A stretch of DNA of 64,000 bases from Anthoceros angustus (taxonomy: Eukaryota > Plantae > Anthocerotophyta): positions 186,001 through 250,000 of the forward strand of contig MU008151.1 in the NCBI GenBank assembly GCA_010909165.1, given 5' to 3'. The position numbers and the translations under genes were made by a program. The notes under the pieces were generated by a model. The model was not told where the DNA came from and made no database searches. It saw nothing but the letters and a program-made list of their open reading frames with translations. Of the stretch, positions 1 to 11,068 are shown piece after piece; position 1 is the first letter of the stretch, and every line of letters begins with the position of its first letter.

Positions 1-589
1 ACTCCACCATTGAGTCATGGGTGAGCCGACACATGCCATAACCATTACCATCATGATCGCAAAGGATCTTCATGGCTTGGCTATCTATTGGAGTTTTTCC
101 TTAGTGAGTTATTTATACTCATATTTACTTATATTTATTATTTTATTTCATACTTACGATATATTTTATACCCTATTTATCATCATGTGGATGAGTTAGA
201 TTTCACAAATTTGAAGAATTAAAATGAAAATACCAAAGTATGTTTTATTACTAAATATTTTAAAGAGATATATGTGATACGAGCAAACTAGAACTTTAAT
301 GGGCTCACGTTTTGGACTTATTATATTATGCTTCCTTTCTACTAAGAAAAACTAGGTTAAAAATGTTTCATATATCATATTTGCTTCTTACTAGAGAAAA
401 AATATTTTATTCTTTAAAATATCATGCTTTATCGGTGAATTGAATTATACTATATTCAATTACAATACTAAAATTTCTAACAATAAGGTATTGTTGAAAT
501 AGGGTAGAAAAATGAAAAGGAAAAAGAGGCAAAAAGTTAATTAGTCACTGCCCTATTTAGAAGATGCATATGTTACATGCTTTATGCAA

Positions 590-1720
590 TCTCCTATTAG
601 AAAGGAATTGCTACAACCACTAATGTAGAATTACCTAGAGAGGACTCTTAATAATGAGTGGTCTATAAGAATCCCCTGAGTTAGTAGCTGCTTAGTTAAG
701 GAAGAACTGCCTAGAGAGGACTCTTAAATGATCAGTGGTCTGTAAGAATCCTCTGAGTTAGTAGCTACTTAGTTAAGGCGAGCTTGCGGGATATATAAGG
801 GCGAGAGCAAGGGCTTTGAAGAATGATGAGTATATCATCATCATTTAGTTCTTAGTTAAGGAAGAACTGCCTAGAGAGGACTCTTAATGATCAGTGGTCT
901 GTAAGAATCCTCTGAGTTAGTAGCTACTTAGTTAAGGCGAGCTTGCGGGATATATAAGGGCGAGAGCAAGGGCTTTGAAGAATGATGAATATATCATCAT
1001 CATTTAGTTCATGATGCGCCGCAAGCTTTGTGTTGAGAGATTTGTGGAGTCTAGCTAGTGAGCAAGCCCTTGAGTCAAGGGCAATAGCCAGTTGGGCATA
1101 GATAGACAAACTCAAGTATGTATTCTTTGAATAAAGAGCAGTACCTCGAAGAGGTGGCCTGCGAATGTCCGTGGACGGCAGGCTACTTAAAGCCCAAGCT
1201 ACTTAAAGCCTAGTGTTGCCTCTGTGGACGGCAGGCTACTTAAAGCCCAAGCTACTTAAAGCCTAGTGTTGCCTTTGTGGAAAGCCCAGGCTACTTAAAG
1301 CCTAGTGTTGCCTATGTGGAAAGCCCAGGCTACTTAAAGCCTAGTGTTGCCTCTGTGGACGGCCTCTTCGAGCCTGCGAGTGTCCGTGGACGGCAGGCTA
1401 CTTAAAGCCTAGAGGCAAGGCAGGCTACTTAAAGCCTAGTGTTGCCTCTTTGGACAGCCTCTTGGAGCCTAGTGTTGTTGCGTATTGAGGTTGAAAGCAC
1501 CAAGAATTGTGTAAGTCTCTTGTCGAATGAATTGACGAGGTCCTTGTGGAGTGAATTGGTGAAGTCCTAGAATGCTGATGCTTAATGAATTGGCGAGGTC
1601 TTTGTGGAGTGAATTGGCGAAGTCCTAGAATGCTGATGCTTAATGAATTGGCAAGGTCCTTGTGGAGTGAATTGGCGAAGTCCTAGAATGCTGATGCTTC
1701 CTTACTGGCTGCGTAGTGAG
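590..1720. repeat. LTR-like, repeat-rich segment with nested tandem repeats
   Basis: About 70-bp unit (TGCCTAGAGAGGACTCTTAA...GAGTTAGTAGCT) x3 at ~630-940; GGCTACTTAAAGCC(TAGTGTTGCC) units at ~1180-1450; TGAATTGGCGAAGTCCTAGAATGCTGATGC x3 at ~1530-1700; TATA-like GATATATAAGGG twice. Similar sequence recurs at ~34400-34660. No coding domain seen, so the TE class is inferred. Confidence 0.45.
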
Positions 1721-2175
1721 AGGCCGTAGTGAAGGGCTTTACTCTAACCAGGATGGATAGATAATTATGAGAGAGATCTCATCGAGAACACCACACATCT
1801 CACAGGTAGCCACAGAAGGGCACAGCTAGCAGCTAGCACACCGAAACACATTTTTTGGAGCTTATGTGTTTGAGTGTCGGAGGCCAAAGCCGGCTTCATC
1901 GAACTAGTTTCACTTGCACGGATTTCTTGCATACATCTCCGCCCGGCGAGAAATGTAACATAGTAATGTACAAACTCCTTCCACGGAGGTTGGAAAAAAA
2001 TCTGGCCACAACCGCCACCACTTTTTACATTCTAACTCAATTCTTGTCGCCAATGACAAGAGGTGGATACCATGGCCCAACAACGGCACCTTCAGAGCCT
2101 CAATGAAGCTCACAGAAGCTCTATAATCATATGGTACAAAATCGCGAACCAACCAGCCCTGTTCTCCAAGACGAC

Positions 2176-3330
2176 TTAGGGCTTGGCCTTGTCATCCTTT
2201 CCATAAGTCGGTGTGAACTGATTAGAGGATGGTGAATACCCTGAACCTGGGGTTGACGGTGAGTATCCGCCCGTAGTGGGGCTGCAATTTCCAACGCAAA
2301 CAAGAGTGAGAACTTTAAGTGATCTTCACAAACCACACAAAGAACTGCACCTTCAAACTGAACTATCCCTGAAAACTGTAAAACCCCAAGTCATACCTGT
2401 ACGGATGTTGCGCTGTCGGGCTATAACCAAGAGTGGATGGCGAGTACGAGGGACTGCACAAAAGAAAGGTTTTCAGTTTACTACTATCACGCAGAACATG
2501 TCTCAAAAGACGGACAGAAGCACAAAGTACAGTTCAAACTGATGGTTTGCAGACCTGGTAGGTGTCAGAGATGGAGCAGCCGGGCTGTAAGACGGGCTGG
2601 TGGGTGAGTAAGAGGGAGATGTTGGAGAATATGAAGGAGACGTCGGACTGCACACAGCAACGTAATATTAGGTTACTGGGACGAATCCACCGGTGATGAC
2701 CAACAACTTAACATTGCTGCTTGGAGATGAGTAAACAACTCATACCTGTAACTTGGTGAAGTGGGACTATACGCCGGGCTTGATGGTGAATATCTGGGAC
2801 TGCTTGGGGAGTAGACCGGGGAAGCAGGACTGTACCCAGGTGATGTTGGACTGTAACTTGGTGAGGTTGGACTGTAGCCAGGGGAAGTTGGACTGTAACT
2901 GTAGGCTGGAGAGGTCGGACTGTAGGTGGGCGACGTAGGACTATACGCTGGAGAGGTTGGGCTGTAACTCGGTGAGGTGGGACTATACGCAGGAGAACTT
3001 GGGCTATAACTTGGTGACGTGGGACTGTAACTCGGGGAGGTTGGGGAGTAAGACGGGCTTGTTGGAGAATAGGCTGGAGAAGTTGGACTGTACCTCGGGG
3101 ATGTAGGACTGTAAGACGGGGAAGTGGGACTGTAGGTGGGGGAAGTGGGACTGTACGAAGGAGAGGTGGGACTGTACGAAGGAGAGGTAGGGCTATAACC
3201 AGGAGATGTGGGACTGTAGCCTGGAGAAGTGGGACTGTAACCAGGAGAAGTAGGACTATACCCAGGGGAGGTTGGACTGTAGCCAGGGGAAGCTGGACTG
3301 TATCCAGGGCTTTGAGGGGAGAACTGCATG
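2176..3330 (-). repeat. RPB1 CTD heptad repeats (about 30 near-consensus plus about 5 degenerate), split by three introns
   Basis: Translation gives YSPTSP(S/G/A/T/R) arrays continuing through exons 11-13 and ending [13 protein letters not shown]. Confidence 0.9.
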
Positions 3331-6300
3331 CCAGAAACATAAGGTGAAAACTGAGCATCAGAGTGGGGTGAGGAGCGAATGCCGGGACTCAGCAGATAGC
3401 TTGGGGACATCGTAATATCATGGTGAGGTGTGCCAATCATTGGTGACCGCACAGGAGTCATGCTGAACTCCAGACCCTCTAGGTAGCTTGGCAGTTGCAA
3501 CTCAATGGCATGCTGCAACATGTTCTCCTTGAGCAGTAGACCAAAATCACCTGTCCCAATGGGTGCTAACTGCCCAAGCATGATATTTTCTGTCACGCCC
3601 CTGAGCTGGTCAGACTCCGCATAAACTGCAGCATCCAGCAGAATGTCCACTGTCTCCTCAAAAGAACATCGCATCATCGGACCTGTGTCATTGCGGTTGA
3701 TACCATGCCTTGTGATTGCCATAAGATGGCCACGGTAGGTCATGATGTCACACAATATAGCCAAATGCCGGTAGTTGACATAAGATCCATCAAAAGATAT
3801 GACGTCTCTAAGCTCTTTCAACAGAGCTTGCCGTACAGCCTCAATGCCGAGAACTTCAATCACCTCAATGAGATGATTGCTTGTGGTCCTGGTGGAATCA
3901 ACATCCTCATGACACATAACAGCTAACATGTTCACCCCCTCTGTATCCAGCATCCATTCCGTTTCTGGCTTGAATCCCTGAATTTCATCAAACTTGTTCT
4001 TTTTTGTCTCCCTAATGAAAACTTTCCTGATATCAGGGATGCCACGGAGAGCCATTTCTGTGAGCATGTTGCTTTCGATCTTCTTGAGGAAGACATCATC
4101 CTCACTTCGCTCTGGTGTTTCACCCTTAGGTGCTTCATCATTCATTATCCTGATTCGTAGAATCAGCTTTTCCGCATTGTCATCATTGAAGATACAGGCC
4201 AGATCGTCGTCAAACTCTATGTTGATCTTCTCTGCAATATCAGCCATGCTTAGTTTCTTGTCCACCATCATCTCCCTGTTTAATTGAACCCTAAGGAGCC
4301 ATGGCGATATCTTCTCAGGTGCCACATCCTCATCTGGCATTTCATAGTACGAGCGGACAAATTCAATGTCCTCATCAATTATGGTGCTCATTGGGTCTGG
4401 ATCATACCAGATCTCAGTGGCCTGTGTCACACTACGCAAGGTTGTGTACTCAAGAGCACACTGCACATTCTTAGCTTTCTCTTTTTCCTTATTTACTTCA
4501 GGCCTCAAATATACAGACAAAGAAGGAGTCTTGGTCTTCTTTGCAACATTTATAATCTCTCTCAACCTTGGCACTCCCAGGGTAACATTCTTTGCACTAA
4601 CACCAGCATAGTGAAAAGTATTCAGAGTCATTTGCGTCGCTGGCTCACCAATCGACTGAGCAGCAACACAACCAATCATCTCTCCGGGAGCAACCAGCGA
4701 CTGCAGAAAGCGCGCTTCTATCTCTCCAATAACCCACTCAAACGCTTCTTTAGTCAACCTCCACTCCTTCAACACTCGCTTGCTAGCTAACGTACTCCTT
4801 AGCAAGCAATTAAAAAACAAGGTGGAATTCTTCTGAGCCTCTGTACTGATTGCATCATCCCCTGAAACCACCTTCAACCGTTCTTGAAGCTTGTCAACAG
4901 CTTCCACAATTTCCATAGGATGCATATCTGATGGCTTTTTAAAATCCACCTTAAAAATCTTTTGGGCATTCCAAAGCAAACGCTTGAGATTCACAGGAAG
5001 TGGCCACATAGAATCCCCAGAAGGAGCAATCTCCAATCCAAGCTGTCTTCGGTCTGTCAACAGTTTTTGAACTTCAGCTTCAAAGACATTACGAAACTCT
5101 GGTATTGTCTTGATATCTTCTGCAGCCTCGGATGACATGTAGTCAGGGTTCCACGAGTCACTGTCCATCTCAAACTTGTAGACTCTGTCAAACTCTTTCA
5201 TCTTCATCTTCATAGAATCGAGCTTCTGAGATTCAATCCACACTGAATCCATACCATCTTCCCCATAAAGAAATTGTATGACATCACCCAGCGAATTCCT
5301 CACTGTTCCATCATACTTCACCATAACATCCTCCATGGCCTTTACTAGGCGCCTTTGGATGTATCCGGTCTCCGAAGTTTTCACTGCAGTGTCAATAAGA
5401 CCCTCCCTTCCTCCCATGGCATGGAAAAAGAATTCCTGGGGTGTCAGCCCTCTCAAGTAAGAATTCTCCACAAAACCACGACTCTCTGGACCGTAGTCAT
5501 CCTTTGTGAAATGTGGAAGGGTCCTGTCCACAAACCCATATGGTATCCGTTTCCCTTCCACATTTTGTTGCCCCACACAGGCAATCATTTGAGATATGTT
5601 AATGAAGGAACCCTTTGAACCTGCTGTCACCATAGCTTTGACGTTATTGCTCTCTGACAAGCTACGCTGAGCACTATTACCAGCTTCATCACGAGCCTTA
5701 TTGAGCACCTGCAGAAAAGCTTGTTCACTTAGTGCTGACGAACAATACAAAAGTGCAAAGAATAGAGACATTGTCTTGAAAGGATGCCAATTTCTCACCT
5801 GATTCACACGATTTTCAAAGGACTCCATCATTGAACGACCAGGCTGGGCTTCCAGCTGCTTTTCCTGTGCCTGCTTAATGAGCTCCTTCACTTCATTTTT
5901 GGCCTTTGCAATGGTCTCATTGATCTTCTCCATAGTGGAAGAATCTGCAATCGTATCTCCAATGCCAATGCTGAATCCTTGCTGCAATAGCCAGTAGTTT
6001 ACCAACCACTGTGTATGACCTAAAAACTTCCGAGCTGCATCTGGCCCCACTTCCTCCCTGATACGTGACAAAATGCGCACTTGATGACAGAGACTCAACC
6101 CGTGTACACATAAAACCAATGCAATAAGCAGGATAGGATTGAGAAGAGCGTCAAACTCACCAGATTACATGAATCAAACTTCCAGTGGATGTACCGAGGG
6201 TCTTCTTACAGAGAATGCCTGCCAAAAGCTCTCCCCTTTCAATTCGAACAATGGTGTCACCTACAGATATATCTCCAACCTCTGCGTCTGGATGCCACTG

Positions 6301-8788
6301 TGCCTGTCTCATGAGGTTTATCTGCTTTGGGATAATTAGCCCAAAAACCTGTTTCCCCGTCCACAAGGGTTTGGGCTTCAGAATAGTGGGAATTGGGATC
6401 TTGCCATCAAAATCTTCCCACCACATCAGAATATTCATGAAGATATCCTGGAAAACACACCGAGAGTTAATGTGAGCTGAGTAAAAGAGTCTTGAAAGCA
6501 CATATGAGCAAACCCCGGAAACTCAAGATTCACCTTCTCAATAAAGGTATCTCTTTTGGTGATCTTTCGACATCCTAATAGTGTGTCCTGCACAATCCCA
6601 ATGACTGGCCTGTTCGACTGTGGGGATACAATGCACTTAGGCACCATCATCAACTCTAGAACCTCTGCCCGAGTCTCAAATGATTGAGGGACATGCATAT
6701 TCATCTCATCCCCGTCAAAATCAGCATTATATGGGGATGTAACAGAAAGATTGAGCCGGAAGGTCGAATAAGGCATGATGAGTATCTTATGACCCATGAT
6801 GGACATTTTATGGAGACTGGGCTGACGGTTGAAGAGCACAAGGTCACCATCCTGTAGATGCCTCTCAACCTTGTAACCCAGCTCTAAATGACGATCACTG
6901 CTCTTTTTGAGAAACCGGAGGTCAAGGCGTTGCCCGTCCTCTCGAATAATATACTTTGCCCCAGTCTTCCCAGGAGGGGGATGAGGACCATATTCAACAA
7001 GCTCCTTCAACCTGGCAAGAACATCACAACATGTGAGAAATCCCAGTCGCATTACACCTAGCAAACGTGCATAGCGTAGAAGAAGCTGTTACCTCTCCAT
7101 GTTGTAGGGTGTCACAGTCTCTGGATACGTCAAATTGAGGGCAATACTCCATGGAACTCCAAGCTCATCAATGTTGATATTTGGGTCAGGAGTAATGACT
7201 GTTCGGGCTGAGAAGTCAACCCTTTTCCCCATTAGATTACCTCTGATGCGGCCTTCTTTTGCTTTCAGTCTTTGACAAATGGATTTGATGGGCCTCCCAG
7301 ATCTTTGGGTGGCCTGCAGGAACAGAGCTTGCCATGATATCAACCATACGACAGAACTTGGCAAAGCTACTCAAGTAGTCAAAACTCAGTTGCACTATTC
7401 CTCAATTTGAAAGACATACCCGTGGTTGGCCAGGCAAGTCATTGTCAAAGTAAGTTGCAATGTGAAACTGCAGCAGCTGGGCAAACTCGTTAATGATATG
7501 AGTGGGAGCCCCATTCTGCTCTTGCTTTTTGAGGTTGTTGTTATGACGAATGATCATGGCCAGTTGGTGAGTCAGATCATCCTAGGAAAAACCACGACAA
7601 AAATCAGCAGCACGCTTCAGATTCCTCCACATCCAGACACCGAAGTCAAGAAAACAGCTAACGTACGTTACGCTCAGAAGCCTAACCTCACTTCTTGCAG
7701 AGCTGTCCATCATGACAGACGGCCTCACAGGAGGTGGCGGGATTGGCAACACTTGCAGAATCAACCAATCGGGCCGGGCATACTTAGGGTTCAGACCAAG
7801 CAACATGCAGTCCTCATCGGTAATCCGCTTCAGAATGCTCAGCACCTGCTCGACAGAGCCCAACGCATTAGCACCCTGCCGTTCCCTCTAGCTTCCACGA
7901 ACCACTCCAACAAAATCATCAAGCACCTTCTCGGCACTGAGATGCGATTTCCTCTCAGCCGGCTCCGGCATGTACTGGTCCTGGTCCTGGTCGTTCTTCC
8001 TTTTGCTGGGCTTAAACTCCGCCACAATTTTCATCCCATCAATGCTAATCTTAGGCTGCTGCGCCCCACAACCCCCATGTCGCTTCTTTTTCTCTGTATC
8101 ATCCGCACCCAGCTCCTCCTCATTCTCGTCCCCCCCCTCGCACTTGGTCTTGGTCTTACAGCAATCCAAAACCCGTTTCATCCTCTGCTTCGGGTTCCGA
8201 ATCTTTTTGGCCAGCTTAAACCGGTGATCGTCCTGCCACACCCGACAAAACCCTGACCAGTCACTCCCCCAATACCTACTACTCCCTCACCCAAACCCTA
8301 AACCCAATTCCACACCCTACCTCGTTCGCGAGGCACCGCGAACAGTTGAAGCACACGCAGCGCAGTATCGAAAGCACGGTCTTCAAAAACCCAATATGAA
8401 ACATGGGCTTCGCCAGCTCCAGATGCCCGAAATGGCCAGGACACTCCGCCATACTCCCCGCACAGGTCTCGCACTTCACCTGCCGGTCAATTGTGCCTAG
8501 CTTGGGGTCGCTGAGCCCCCCAGCCTTGGCCTTCCCCCTGTCATAGGTCTCGCTGCTCTCAATTTTCACCACAGACATCTGACGCTGCAGGCATCCAAAT
8601 CACACCAGAACCCGACAGAAACAACAACACAACGTCAGTCCCGTCGACACCGCATCCCACCCCTGCCATTGCGCAAAGAGCCCAGCAGTCCACAGCATCC
8701 TCACAATTTCATCGGGACTAAGAATCCCGAACTGCACGCTTTGCACACGGGCAAGGTCCGCCGGCGAGAAGGAGAACCGCTGATCCAT
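2176..8788 (-). CDS. RPB1: DNA-directed RNA polymerase II largest subunit, 13 exons: 8788-8705, 8584-8321, 8232-7927, 7845-7687, 7581-7420, 7313-7093, 7011-6534, 6447-6161, 6057-5799, 5708-2746, 2647-2555, 2453-2397, 2281-2176
   Basis: Zn-site CETC...[20 protein letters not shown], catalytic NADFDGD, bridge helix [15 protein letters not shown] and trigger loop [16 protein letters not shown], plus a YSPTSPS CTD. All 12 introns have GT-AG ends that I traced in frame; stop TAA at 2176-2178. Confidence 0.97.
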
Positions 8789-9301
8789 CTTCTTCGCCGC
8801 GTCGCGTTCCCGCGGCGGCGCCTAGCGGAAATGGACCGATCTGCCGCGCTCCTGTAATACTTAAACGTCACGTTTTCGTGTCACTGGAATACCGAGGCAA
8901 TTAATTAGGTTAAAACTTCACTCTTTCAGTTTATGTTTATTCGGTGCAAGAAGGGATATTAAACACCATCACATACATACATATATAGATGTCCCACACA
9001 TGATCGCCAAAGTATCATAGCCGTCCCCGAAAGAAGCCCCGGAATGTCATATGGATGGGATGTATGGTGGAGTATTGCACACGAGTACATGACATCCCAT
9101 CTCTATTGTACGTGACATCCCATCTCTAGCATAGAATAACGCGCCTCGTCTCCCCGTCTTTGCCATATACTTCCACAACGAGCTTGCTTGTTGCCGGAAT
9201 TGAACGCTGGGAGGGAGGAGCTGCTTCCGGAGGGAATTCTTTGCGCCGGAAGCTTTGTGCTGCGAATTGCGAGTGTGATCGATCCAGCAGGAAGCGAGAG
9301 C
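8789..9301. promoter_or_regulatory. Putative bidirectional promoter between RPB1 and the penta-EF-hand gene
   Basis: Divergent ATGs 513 bp apart; 21-bp tandem duplication GTAC(A/G)TGACATCCCATCTCTA at 9085-9105 and 9108-9128. Confidence 0.5.
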
Positions 9302-10395
9302 ATGTCGTCCGATCCAGGGCTGACGCACGGGGCGCCGCCCACGGCACCGCCACAGCCATGGCCATCGGCGGCGTCGGGGTACGGGCAGCCGGGAGGCTAT
9401 ACAGGAGCAGCTCCGCCGGGGGGCTACGGGGCGGCGGGATACGATCCTGCGGCGGTCTATGGAGGATACGGGTCACCGGCATCTACGGGGGCCTATGGAG
9501 CTCAGACGGGGCCTCCGCGGTACGGGCAGCAGCAAGGGGCGGGCTACGGGCCGCCTGCTGGAGCTCCTCCGGCTCCCAGCGGGTATGGCCAGCCGGGGAC
9601 GGCATCCTACACGCAGGCCTCGGCTCCGCCTTACGCGGCTCCGGGGCCGGGGTACGGCCAGGCTCCGCCTGCTCCGCCTCCGCAGTACCCCGCCGGTATG
9701 GCCAGCCGCAGCCGCAGCAGGGGTATGGCGCGCAGCTAGGGTATGGCGGGCAAGGTCAGGGGCAGGGGCAAGGGCAGGGACAGCAGCAGCAGCCGTGGCT
9801 CCAGCCGCAGCAGTCTTTCGGTTACGGGGGATACGGGCAGCAGCCGGGTTACGGGTACGGGGTGGCGGAGCTCTTTCCTCCGGGGACGGACCCCGAGGTG
9901 ATCCGGATGTTCCAGCAGGCGGATCGGGACGGCAGCGGGCAGGTGGACGATGTGGAGCTGCAGAAGGTGCTGTCGGCGGCGCATCCCTTCAGCTTGCGGA
10001 CGGTTCATTTGCTGATAAACTTCTTCTCGGCCACCTGCTCGCTCAAGATCAAGCCTGTGGAGTTCGCTAATTTGTGGAAGAGCTTGAGGGACTGGAGAAA
10101 GATCTTTGACGAGCACGACCTGGACCGGAGCGGCAGGATGGATGTGAAGGAGCTCGGGAAAGCGCTGCTAAGCATGGGGTGTGCCGTGTCCGCGCCTTTG
10201 TTGAAGGTTCTTGTCACCAGATACGACCGGACCGGGCTTGCTAAGTCTATCGACTATGACAATTTTGTGGAGTGTTCCCTTGTTGTCAAGGGCCTGACTG
10301 ATAAGTTTAAGGAGAAGGATGTTCGGTTTCAGGGATCGGCGACTCTCACGTACGAGGAGTTCATGCTCATGGTGTTGCCGTTTGTGACAGCTTGA
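9302..10395 (+). CDS. Penta-EF-hand calcium-binding protein (peflin/ALG-2; plant CML49/50-like) with Gly/Pro/Tyr/Gln-rich N-terminus; apparent 1-nt frameshift near 9695
   Basis: EF loops DRDGSGQVDDVEL and DLDRSGRMDVKEL, FPPGTDPEV motif and C-terminal GSATLTYEEFMLMVLPF. The N-terminal GYGQP repeats run in one frame to 9694 and continue in the next (GCC GG TAT GGC, one G short). Confidence 0.88.
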
Positions 10396-10849
10396 ATCGT
10401 GGCCGCCCTTGTTGCTCGCCACCTTCCTTTGTTATCTGGAAGGAATTTGCTCTGATTGTTCATAAAACATACCGTCTGTAGCCTATCCAATAAATCCTCT
10501 CCAGCTGTGATGTGGTAACATCGGTACCAGGTAGTAGGCCTCTGCTGGTTCTCGTAACTGTAGATATTGTGCCCACTTGTCTCATGTTCTTGAAAATTTA
10601 AATGTAATCTGAGGGTGAGATAGGATCTCATCGGCTAGTCTGTGCGATCATTTTGGCTGGGGTCAGGTTAATGAGTCCATCTCCTGTTTCAATTTTGTGC
10701 TCTTGAAGAATCATCTCCTGTTTCAATTTTGTGCTCTTGAAGAATTTAGCTGTCTGGAATATGAGAGAATTAAAGAATTTAGCAGTATGGAACATGAGAG
10801 AATTGGCAATGTCTTTAAGAACCTAAGATCTTATTTATGTTATATACAC

Positions 10850-11063
10850 TATATAGAGTATATGGAGATGATCACATAGTATATAGAGGTGATCACAGAG
10901 TATATGGAGATGATCACATAGTATATAGAGGTGATCACAGAGTATATGGAGGTGATCACAGAGTATATAGAGGTGATTATACAGAGTATACAGAGGTAAT
11001 GACAGCATATATAGAGGTAATCACAGAGTATAAAGAGATGACCACAAAATATGTGAAGTGATT
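10850..11063. repeat. 21-bp minisatellite (AGAGTATATAGAGGTGATCAC), resuming at ~19239-19290 after the LTR element
   Basis: Directly visible tandem units on both sides of the insertion. Confidence 0.85.
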
Positions 11064-11068
11064 ACAGA

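Noticed and set aside
5709-5798. 30-aa insertion in RPB1 suggested by the 1148-aa ORF
   Set aside because: It is a 90-bp GT-AG intron that happens to be in frame; conserved NQ|VLN is restored on splicing.
9680-9710. Programmed frameshift in the penta-EF-hand gene
   Set aside because: There is no slippery heptamer; one missing G in a GG run restores a continuous GYGQP frame, so a sequencing error is more likely.
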